Below the pieces are notes generated by a model. That model was not told where the DNA came from. It did not search any database and saw nothing but the letters and a program-made list of their open reading frames with translations. Both the position numbers and the translations under genes were made by a program. 64,000 nucleotides of DNA from Candidatus Woesebacteria bacterium (GTDB lineage: Bacteria > Patescibacteriota > Microgenomatia > UBA8517), in assembly GCA_963716475.1 (NCBI GenBank), contig OY970314.1:918508-982507 (forward strand), in the 5' to 3' direction. Of this stretch, positions 1-7,305 are shown piece after piece; position 1 is the stretch's first letter, and every line of letters begins with the position of its first letter.

Positions 1-815
1 ATCACAGAAGGATAGGAATTGGCGGGGTAGGATGGGCTGAAGTATTGGCGCGCCTTGAAATACCATATGACTCACCAGAAGCGTCGTCTCTGGCGGAAAA
101 GTTAGTTAAAACGATGTATACGTCGGCTTTCGAAGCTTCTACTGCGTTAGCCAAAGAAAAGGGGTCTTTTCCGTTGGTAAAAAATTCGATATGGGCCAAT
201 ACCAAAAACAAGCCCAGAAATGTTGCATTATTAACATTTCCCCCATCAAGCGGTAACGCTGTTATCTGCGAGACGACATTTGGAATTGAACCCTACTTTG
301 CACTTGCGTATGAGCAAAACGTAATGGAAGGTATGAGGCTAAAAACCGTTGTGCCGCTTCTAATAGACAAGTTAAAAGAAGCCGGTATTTATTCTGAAGA
401 GTTAATACAAAAAATAATTGATAATCATGGAAGTATACAGGGAATTTCGGAAATTCCGGAGAAAATAAGGAAAGTTTTTAAGGTGGCCCATGACATTTCT
501 TGGCAGAACCATATAAAAATGCAGGCTGCGTTTCAAAAATGGACAGATAACGCGATAACAAAAACTATAAATATGAATTCTGATGTGACTCCAAATGACG
601 TTAAAGAAGCATATATAATGGCGTGGAAGTTGAGGTGTAAGGGTCTTACTGTTTATCGGGATCATGCAAAGAAAGACCAGGTGTTCGAGTTTGGTAATGG
701 CGAGGTTCAGAACGGTAACGTGATTAAACTATGCCCCAATTGCGATATTCCGTTGAAACGAGACAAAAAATGTTTGAAATGTGAGCGTTGCGGTTTCTCT
801 ACATGTGAGTTGTAA
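1..815 (+). CDS. nrdJ: Class II (adenosylcobalamin-dependent) ribonucleotide reductase, C-terminal part. The 5' end lies outside the window.
   Basis: The frame is open from the window edge. The C-terminus has a zinc-ribbon (CPNCD...CLKCERCGFSTC) typical of NrdJ. A PduO-type B12 adenosyltransferase is adjacent. Confidence 0.7.
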   Translation, partial: HRRIGIGGVGWAEVLARLEIPYDSPEASSLAEKLVKTMYTSAFEASTALAKEKGSFPLVKNSIWANTKNKPRNVALLTFPPSSGNAVICETTFGIEPYFALAYEQNVMEGMRLKTVVPLLIDKLKEAGIYSEELIQKIIDNHGSIQGISEIPEKIRKVFKVAHDISWQNHIKMQAAFQKWTDNAITKTINMNSDVTPNDVKEAYIMAWKLRCKGLTVYRDHAKKDQVFEFGNGEVQNGNVIKLCPNCDIPLKRDKKCLKCERCGFSTCEL

Positions 816-820
816 TTTTA

Positions 821-1336
821 ATGGCGATTTATACAAAAATAGGGGATAAAGGGGAAACAAGAGTTTTTGATCCGAAAACCAAAAGACTAGTGGTTATTTC
901 CAAGTCTTCGATAAAAATCGAAACAATCGGGAATATTGATGAGTTAAACTCACTTCTTGGCGTCATAGGGGGACTAACGGGCATTCAAAATGATCTTTTT
1001 ACAATGAATTCAATATTGGCAGGAACCAAGCTCGGCTTTGGTAAAGCAAAAACCAAAAAACTCGAAAAAGAAATTGACGCACTTGAGAAAATATTGCCGG
1101 TTCAGAAAAACTTTATTTATTACGGGGGGGACCCGAAAGCCTCACTTTTTTTCCTTGCACGGGCGGTTGTAAGACGTGCCGAGAGGTCTTTGGTGTCCTT
1201 AACCAAAGAAGAAAAAATTCCTGAGGCAATTCTCGTTTATCTTAACCGCCTGTCTGATTACTTATTTATAAAGGCAAGGGAAATAAATTTCGAATCAAGC
1301 TTCAAAGAAAAGGCTTGGATGGGAAAGACATTCTGA
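821..1336 (+). CDS. PduO-type ATP:cob(I)alamin adenosyltransferase
   Basis: N-terminus MAIYTKIGDKGETR and the segment IGNIDELNSLLGVIGG match the PduO family signature (MKIYTRTGDKGxT...VDELNSxIG). Confidence 0.75.
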   Translation: MAIYTKIGDKGETRVFDPKTKRLVVISKSSIKIETIGNIDELNSLLGVIGGLTGIQNDLFTMNSILAGTKLGFGKAKTKKLEKEIDALEKILPVQKNFIYYGGDPKASLFFLARAVVRRAERSLVSLTKEEKIPEAILVYLNRLSDYLFIKAREINFESSFKEKAWMGKTF

Positions 1337-1353
1337 TATACAATGGTCTTACC

Positions 1354-1686
1354 ATGGCGTCAACACCGGAAATTTTAAGACCCGAGCCTGAGGTGCGGGA
1401 AGTAAATAAAGAGGCTGAATTTATTGTTCCCGAAACACTAAGCCAGTCTGTTAAAGTAGTCCAAAAAAATTTTACTGCGCAGGTTAAGGATGACAAAGGC
1501 CAGCCCTTAATTCAAACTCCGCCGACACAGGTAATTACGGTGCAGCCCCCTGCGGATAGTACGACGCTTACTACATGGTCAAAGGGGTCAGTTACCTCAT
1601 CTTTAACATGGTTGGGAATGTTTTGGATCCGAGTTATTAAGAAGGCCTTGTATTTTGGTTGGCGCGTAATAGGAAAAACTCAGTAA
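1354..1686 (+). CDS. Hypothetical small protein with a hydrophobic C-terminus. The start is uncertain (the ORF track begins at 1315 and overlaps the PduO end).
   Basis: ORF only. No recognisable motif. Confidence 0.3.
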   Translation: MASTPEILRPEPEVREVNKEAEFIVPETLSQSVKVVQKNFTAQVKDDKGQPLIQTPPTQVITVQPPADSTTLTTWSKGSVTSSLTWLGMFWIRVIKKALYFGWRVIGKTQ

Positions 1687-1687
1687 C

Positions 1688-4021
1688 ATGCTTTTGGATT
1701 CAATTAATTTTACCGGCATAATATTTGCGGCGGTCGCAGTAGGCGTATTCATTATTTTGCTTGTTGCTTTGGCTTACGCGGTCTTTAATTATTTTAAAAA
1801 TAGGGACAGGGAGGCAAACTCGATTGACTCAGTTCTTCTTCAGGTGGCGGTTCCCAGAAATAACGAAATAAAAATAGACGTTATGGAGCAGCTTTTTGCA
1901 TCACTATATTCGATGAAAAGAGGGGGCTGGAAGCAAAAGTTTTCAGTTCAGCCGGCGATCTCCTTTGAAATAGTTGCCAAGCTTGAAGATATTCGTTTTT
2001 ATGTTTGGGCTCCAAAAGAACTTAAGGATTCAGTAGAAAAGCAAATAAACGGGCAATATCCGGACGCAGAAATTATTGAAGTTGATGAATACAATGTTTT
2101 TGGGAGTGAGGGACGGGTTGCCTATAAATCTTTTCAGTTGGGTAAGAGCAATTTTTACCCTATCAAGACTTTTAAGGATCTGCCAACCGATCCGATGCTG
2201 GGGATTACATCTGCTCTTGCCAAAATGGGACCCGGGGAAGCGGCTGTTATACAGGTGCTTGTTTCTCCGGCGGAATCCGATTGGCAAAGGGAGGGGGGTA
2301 AATTTATAGGTGATACTAAAAAACAGGAGAGCGATCCGGAAAAAGCAAGGTTTTCCACATCCGCCAAGACTCTGGAGGCAATTGAAGGAAAGATCGGAAA
2401 GCCCGGTTTTGAAACCTCAATCCGTGTGATTGCAGTTTCTGAAAACGAAGAATCTGCCAAAAACCATGTGGCGAATATAGGCAGCTCGCTGGCTCAGTTT
2501 GCGGGAGAACTTAACTCTTTCAAAAGCCGCAAAATCCATAGAAAATCTGCATTTATGGAAGATTTCCTTTATAGATATCAGCCAATGTTTAATCTCTTGG
2601 GTAACCACATCTCGGTTCTTAATTCTGAAGAGTTGGCAACAATTTTTCACTTTCCGAATAAGCAAATCACCACTCCTCACATCTTTTGGCTGAATTCAAA
2701 AACCGCTCCTGCCCCAAGCCAAATTCCGTCTGAGGGGCTTTACCTGGGCCTAAGCGCTTATAGGGGAATTAAGAGGCAAGTCTATATCGGTAACGAAGAC
2801 AGGATGAGGCATGTTTATGTTATCGGAAAAACAGGTACAGGGAAATCAGAACTTCTCAAAAGCCTGATTTTGCAGGATATTAGGGAAGGTAAGGGTCTGT
2901 GCTTTATGGATCCTCACGGAGATGCGATCGAGGACATTTTAAAACTTATTCCGCCGGAGCGTGCCGAAGACGTAATTTATTTTAACCCTTCCGACACGCA
3001 GCGCCCTCTCGGACTTAATCTTCTTGAGGCCAAAACCGAGGACGAAAAGCATTTTGCGGCAACCGCGGTAATAAATATGATGTACAAGCTTTTTGATCCT
3101 TATAAAACGGGAATTGTCGGGCCGCGTTTTGAACACGCCGTAAGGAACGCCATGCTTACCGCCATGTATGAACCGGGAAGTACTTTCGTGGAAATCATGA
3201 GAATTTTAACTGATGCCAGATTTGTCCAGGAGCTTCTTCCTAAAGTAACTGACCCGATAATCAGAAGATACTGGACGGACCAGATTGCCCAGACCTCTGA
3301 CTTTCATAAATCAGAAGTTCTGGATTACATCACATCAAAATTTGGAAGATTTGTTACGAATAAACTGATCAGAAATATCATCGGTCAATCCCAAAGCTCA
3401 TTTGACTTAAGAAATGTAATGGATGAGGGCAAGATACTTCTCATTAATTTAGCGAAGGGAAGTTTAGGCGAGGAAAACAGCAATTTTCTGGGCCTAATCC
3501 TCGTTCCCCGGGTTTTGATGGCCGCGATGAGCAGAGTTGATGTCGATATGGATAAGAGGCGCGACTTTTATTTCTATGTTGATGAGTTCCAGAATTTTGC
3601 CACACCCGATTTTGCCGTGATCCTTTCCGAGGCCAGGAAATATCGGCTTGGCCTATGTGTTGCCAATCAGTTTATCGGTCAGGTTGAAGAGGAAGTCAAA
3701 AATGCAGTATTTGGCAATGTCGGAACGATTGTTGCCTATAGAGTAGGAGTGAGTGACGCAAGCTACCTTGCTCACGAATATACCCCTGTTTTTGGGGAAG
3801 ACGATCTTCTGAATGTTGAAAGATATCACGCCTACATTAAAACGATTGTTAATAATGAGCCGGTTCCGCCATTTTCTCTCGATACGACTAAGGATTTAAG
3901 TAAAATTAAAGCTATGGAAAGCCCGAGAGTTGCCGAAATTATTAAGGAAATGAGCAGACTTAAGTACGGTCGAGACGAAAAACTTGTCGAAGCGGAGATT
4001 GCAAGGAGGGCCAAGCTCTGA
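1688..4021 (+). CDS. Membrane-anchored P-loop ATPase, VirD4/TraG/HerA-like (type IV coupling protein family)
   Basis: One N-terminal TM helix. Walker A is VIGKTGTGKSEL, followed by DPHGD. Walker B (FYFYVDEFQNFA) lies about 250 aa downstream. Confidence 0.5.
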   Translation: MLLDSINFTGIIFAAVAVGVFIILLVALAYAVFNYFKNRDREANSIDSVLLQVAVPRNNEIKIDVMEQLFASLYSMKRGGWKQKFSVQPAISFEIVAKLEDIRFYVWAPKELKDSVEKQINGQYPDAEIIEVDEYNVFGSEGRVAYKSFQLGKSNFYPIKTFKDLPTDPMLGITSALAKMGPGEAAVIQVLVSPAESDWQREGGKFIGDTKKQESDPEKARFSTSAKTLEAIEGKIGKPGFETSIRVIAVSENEESAKNHVANIGSSLAQFAGELNSFKSRKIHRKSAFMEDFLYRYQPMFNLLGNHISVLNSEELATIFHFPNKQITTPHIFWLNSKTAPAPSQIPSEGLYLGLSAYRGIKRQVYIGNEDRMRHVYVIGKTGTGKSELLKSLILQDIREGKGLCFMDPHGDAIEDILKLIPPERAEDVIYFNPSDTQRPLGLNLLEAKTEDEKHFAATAVINMMYKLFDPYKTGIVGPRFEHAVRNAMLTAMYEPGSTFVEIMRILTDARFVQELLPKVTDPIIRRYWTDQIAQTSDFHKSEVLDYITSKFGRFVTNKLIRNIIGQSQSSFDLRNVMDEGKILLINLAKGSLGEENSNFLGLILVPRVLMAAMSRVDVDMDKRRDFYFYVDEFQNFATPDFAVILSEARKYRLGLCVANQFIGQVEEEVKNAVFGNVGTIVAYRVGVSDASYLAHEYTPVFGEDDLLNVERYHAYIKTIVNNEPVPPFSLDTTKDLSKIKAMESPRVAEIIKEMSRLKYGRDEKLVEAEIARRAKL

Positions 4022-4034
4022 TATTCTTCAAACT

Positions 4035-4880
4035 ATGAATATTGGTGTCATTGGCTACGGCTATGTTGGGCGGGCGACAGGGGAGGGGTTTGCAACAAGT
4101 CCGGCAAATAAAATCTTCTGGTTTGATAAATTTAAGAAAAGTCCAAATACACTTTCGGAAGTAATAGATAAAAGCGACTTCATCTTTATCTGTGTTCCAA
4201 CCCCAATCTTTGAGGATTATTCCGGAATGGATATGAGTATTGTTGAAGGAGTAATCGGTCAAGTGGCCCCCAAAGTTTCGGGAACTGACAAGATTCTGAT
4301 TATTAAATCAACTTCTTTGCCGGGGACAACCAAAAAGATGGCCGAAAAGTATCCCGGAGTTAATTTTGTTATGAATCCGGAGTTTTTAACACAAAAAAAC
4401 GCCAATGCGGATTTCCTCAAGCCATTTAGGACCGTAATCGGATGCGACAACACCGACGTAGGCCTTAGGGTTCAAAAACTTTATGAAACGATTCTTCCTA
4501 AAGGACAGCCGTATTTTATTATCAGTTCGACCAGTGCCGAGCTGGTTAAATATATGAGTAATCTTGTCTTGGCATCAAAAATACTCCTTGCTAACGAATT
4601 TTACGATCTTGCCCAAAAGGTTGGCGCTAATTATCAGGATGTTAGAGCGGCTGTTGAGGCAGACCCGAGAATCGGAAAACACCTGGGGGTTCCCGGGCCG
4701 GATGGGGACAGGGGGTTCGGGGGAGCGTGCTTTCCCAAAGATATGGTGGGGATACTTGGCCTTGCCAAGGATTTGAAAGTTGACGTATCGGCACTTGATG
4801 CTGTCTGGAAGAAAAACCTCAAAATCAGGGAAAATAGGGATTGGGAAGCACTTCCTCAGGCTTTCAAGAAAGCAAAATAA
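4035..4880 (+). CDS. UDP-glucose/GDP-mannose dehydrogenase family protein, short form lacking the C-terminal UDP-binding domain
   Basis: N-terminal Rossmann motif GVIGYGYVGR. Catalytic motif GGACFPKD. Only about 45 aa follow the catalytic Cys, and the repeat element begins immediately after the stop. Confidence 0.6.
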   Translation: MNIGVIGYGYVGRATGEGFATSPANKIFWFDKFKKSPNTLSEVIDKSDFIFICVPTPIFEDYSGMDMSIVEGVIGQVAPKVSGTDKILIIKSTSLPGTTKKMAEKYPGVNFVMNPEFLTQKNANADFLKPFRTVIGCDNTDVGLRVQKLYETILPKGQPYFIISSTSAELVKYMSNLVLASKILLANEFYDLAQKVGANYQDVRAAVEADPRIGKHLGVPGPDGDRGFGGACFPKDMVGILGLAKDLKVDVSALDAVWKKNLKIRENRDWEALPQAFKKAK

Positions 4881-4894
4881 GTTTTCTTGCTTTG

Positions 4895-5160
4895 TCCAAG
4901 CAGATAATTTCAGTACTTCTTTACTTGTTTAAGAAACGGCTTGTCAATTTCTTGCTTCTCCAAGAAGTTGACGAAAGAAGGAGCCGCCGAAAGAATTTGA
5001 TGGCAACTCGTTTCGTTCATATCATGCAAAAGAACTCCCGGCGTATACACTTGGTCGGACTGCTTTTGCTTCCAATTAGAATTCACTCAACTTGCTGAAA
5101 TCAAATTCTTTAAGGCGATAAGAAAACCAAGGTTAAAAGAGCCAGAGTGGATTTATGGTA
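4895..5160. repeat. Structured intergenic repeat, type 1, copy A
   Basis: Near-identical core to copies at 24588-24805, 54996-55245 and 56078-56290. Contains a hairpin gtcaatttcttg/caagaagttgac. Confidence 0.8.
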
Positions 5161-5247
5161 ACAAAGGGGAATTTGGTATAATTGCGACAGTTGGCAAATT
5201 TTGACCCTTCGTTCATCGGCTAGGACGGGTCTCTTATGACAGAAAAT

Positions 5248-5319
5248 GGGTGCGTAGCTCAGCGGTAGAGCGCTACTCTTATAAAGTAGATGTCCATGGT
5301 TCGAATCCATGCGCACCCA
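5248..5319 (+). tRNA. tRNA-Ile, anticodon UAU
   Basis: Cloverleaf: acceptor GGGTGCG/CGCACCC, D-arm GCTC-AGCGGTA-GAGC, anticodon stem CTACT/AGTAG with loop CTTATAA, T-arm CATGG-TTCGAAT-CCATG. Confidence 0.75.
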
Positions 5320-5322
5320 CAC

Positions 5323-6186
5323 TTACAGCTCAATGAGGGATTGCTTTTTGCCGGGTTCGGTTATTTGGGCAAGCTCCAGATATCTTTCGGTTGTCGAAAG
5401 ACGCTTGTGGCCCGAAACCTGGGAAAGAAGAACAATATCAACTCCAGCCTTCAAATTTTCAACAATAAAGGTAGTCCTGAGATCATTTACCGAATAATTG
5501 GGAAGTTCTGCTTTTTGGACATATCTGGCGATTGAAGCTCTGATATTCCTGACGGCCAGGGGTTTACCGTTTTTGCTGATGAACACATAGGGAGAATCTG
5601 CCTTGGGCCTAATTGCCATGTAAGAAGCAAGAACATCAGAAGCAGGTTTATTTACGGGGACGTTTCTTTCCGGTTGTGTAGCGTAAGCCTCAATTTTCAT
5701 TGAATCCGCACCGACATTGGCGGTCTTAAGGCTGGCAACTTCAGAAATCCTAAGCCCCGTCTGAAGGATAAGTTCAATAATTGCAGCGATTCTGATATCA
5801 CTCCTAACGACATCCCTCAAGGCTCTGTATTCCATTTGGGAAAGAAACTTGGGAAGGGTGTTTTCGATTTTAGGATGCGCAACCGAGGCAGAAACGTCGG
5901 AAGTAATGATATTTTCCGAGATCATCCATCTGAAGAACGTTTTAACAGCATTTAGTTTTCTACTTACCGACTTCGGCGTGTATTTGTCCGCCAAAAGGGT
6001 ATCACGGAAGGAATCAAGATCGTCCGGCCTGACCTGTTCCGGCAAGACTCTTTGCCTTTTGATCAGGAAGTCTACAAGCTGTTCAAGGTCGCTTCTGTAG
6101 GCCAGTAAGGTCGCAGGGGAGCGCCCCTTCGCTTTAAGGGACTCAATGAACTTGGGAAACAGGTTTTTGATCGGTTCTTGTGTCAT
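5323..6186 (-). CDS. Tyrosine recombinase/integrase, XerC/XerD family
   Basis: Catalytic R in GLRISE and HKRLSTTERY (H-x-x-R...Y). The stop lies 4 nt from the tRNA-Ile 3' end. An alternative start is at 6219. Confidence 0.8.
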   Translation of the reverse strand: MTQEPIKNLFPKFIESLKAKGRSPATLLAYRSDLEQLVDFLIKRQRVLPEQVRPDDLDSFRDTLLADKYTPKSVSRKLNAVKTFFRWMISENIITSDVSASVAHPKIENTLPKFLSQMEYRALRDVVRSDIRIAAIIELILQTGLRISEVASLKTANVGADSMKIEAYATQPERNVPVNKPASDVLASYMAIRPKADSPYVFISKNGKPLAVRNIRASIARYVQKAELPNYSVNDLRTTFIVENLKAGVDIVLLSQVSGHKRLSTTERYLELAQITEPGKKQSLIEL

Positions 6187-6283
6187 AATCAAAGAAATTA
6201 TTATTTGGCTGCCAGGCACCCAAATCTAATAGCAAGGCTATTATAGCCTAAATTATAGAGTTGTCAACGTATTACAGGATGAT

Positions 6284-6670
6284 ATGAATAAAGTAATGGA
6301 AAATGTCAAAACTAAGGCAAAAAAGCTTTCCGGTATAGCAATATGGGTTTTTGTCATTCTTCTTCTTATTTCGACAATTAAAAACATAGGCAGAGTGAGG
6401 AGTATTAACGATGCGGTTCAGGCAGAGAAAGGCAAAGTAGAGAAGATGAAGCAGGAGAATGCTCAACTTGAGGCACAAATTGCCCAAACTCAAGGATCGG
6501 CATTCATAGAAAAACAAATTAGGGATAAACTTGGCCTGGCCAAAGCGGGTGAGGCAATTGTGGTTTTGCCGAGTGCAGATATTCTAAGAAAGCTTGCCCC
6601 TCAGATTCCGGTAGAGCAAAACTCGCTTCCCGACCCGAATTGGAAGCAGTGGCTGAAGCTGTTTATATGA
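6284..6670 (+). CDS. Septum formation initiator (FtsB/DivIC-like)
   Basis: N-terminal TM, a coiled coil (KMKQENAQLEAQIAQ), then a FIEKQIRDKLGLAKAGE-type segment. Confidence 0.55.
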   Translation: MNKVMENVKTKAKKLSGIAIWVFVILLLISTIKNIGRVRSINDAVQAEKGKVEKMKQENAQLEAQIAQTQGSAFIEKQIRDKLGLAKAGEAIVVLPSADILRKLAPQIPVEQNSLPDPNWKQWLKLFI

Positions 6671-6692
6671 TATAATCAGTCGTTCGTCTATA

Positions 6693-6762
6693 TGCGGGGT
6701 AGTGTACGGCTGCACGTGAGGCTCATAATCTCGCAGGCTGGGTTCAACTCCCAGCCCCGCAA
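6693..6762 (+). tRNA. tRNA with CAU anticodon, probably elongator Met or Ile2
   Basis: Acceptor TGCGGGG/CCCCGCA, anticodon loop CTCATAA, T-arm CTGGG-TTCAACT-CCCAG. The D-arm is short. Lacks initiator hallmarks. Confidence 0.55.
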
Positions 6763-6787
6763 CACGAATCGGAGCTATTTCTGAGGA

Positions 6788-6861
6788 GCCGGCGTAGCTC
6801 AGTCGGTTAGAGCGTGGCAATCATAACGCTAAGGTCACAGGTTCGATTCCTGTCGCCGGCA
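6788..6861 (+). tRNA. tRNA with CAU anticodon, Met or Ile2
   Basis: Acceptor GCCGGCG/CGCCGGC, D-arm GCTC-AGTCGGTTA-GAGC, anticodon loop ATCATAA, T-arm ACAGG-TTCGATT-CCTGT. Confidence 0.7.
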
Positions 6862-6879
6862 CAAATTTGACATCTGGTA

Positions 6880-7155
6880 ATCAGTTTGCTATAGTTCCTA
6901 TAGTTAAATAAAAGCTTTGATCCGGAGGGATGGAACCGGTGAGCTGGGGCCCAAATAACCCACAGAGGCGAAACTGTAAAAAGGCCAGCAACGAGTGTCG
7001 GAAACGGAGCTCGTCAAGAATAAGGTTTCCTTATCTTAACGATCTCGCTTTGGCGAGATTTTTTGGTTAAGGCGACGAAACAAGGTGGCAAAGCCAGTTT
7101 GCAGGCCCTTGTGAGAAAGTCACGTTTTGTGGCTGTCTTGCAAGGGCTTTTTTTA
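6880..7155 (+). ncRNA. Putative small structured RNA of unknown family between tRNAs
   Basis: About 280 nt with no credible ORF. Two intrinsic-terminator-like hairpins with T-runs (ctcgctttggcgagatttttt near 7043, and gcccttg...caagggcttttttt at 7105-7154). Confidence 0.25.
7105..7154 (+). terminator. Rho-independent terminator
   Basis: GC stem gcccttg/caagggc followed by TTTTTTT. Confidence 0.5.
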
Positions 7156-7157
7156 AT

Positions 7158-7229
7158 GGGAATGTAGCTTAAGGGTAGAGCACCTGTCTCCAAAACGGGT
7201 GATTGAGGGTTCAAGTCCCTCCATTCCCA
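7158..7229 (+). tRNA. tRNA-Trp, anticodon CCA
   Basis: Acceptor GGGAATG/CATTCCC, anticodon stem CCTGT/ACGGG with loop CTCCAAA, T-arm GAGGG-TTCAAGT-CCCTC. Confidence 0.85.
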
Positions 7230-7305
7230 CTTATGGAACGAGTTAAATATATTACACCAGCAGATCTGGTTAGAAAGGAACCCCTACCCACGGGGTTAGT
7301 TTGGC

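Noticed and set aside
4841-5098. 85-aa ORF (also 55065-55280, 71 aa) with conserved sequence ...DERRSRRKNLMATRFVH...
   Set aside because: Both lie wholly inside copies of the intergenic repeat. Differences between copies are not synonymous-biased and include compensatory hairpin changes, so the conservation reflects the repeat element and not a protein.
5323-6670. Integrase next to tRNA-Ile as evidence of a prophage or ICE
   Set aside because: Downstream genes are housekeeping (ftsB-like, tRNAs, trpS, ftsH). No direct repeat of the tRNA 3' end was found by eye. The recombinase could be the chromosomal XerC/D. Kept as a low-level observation only.
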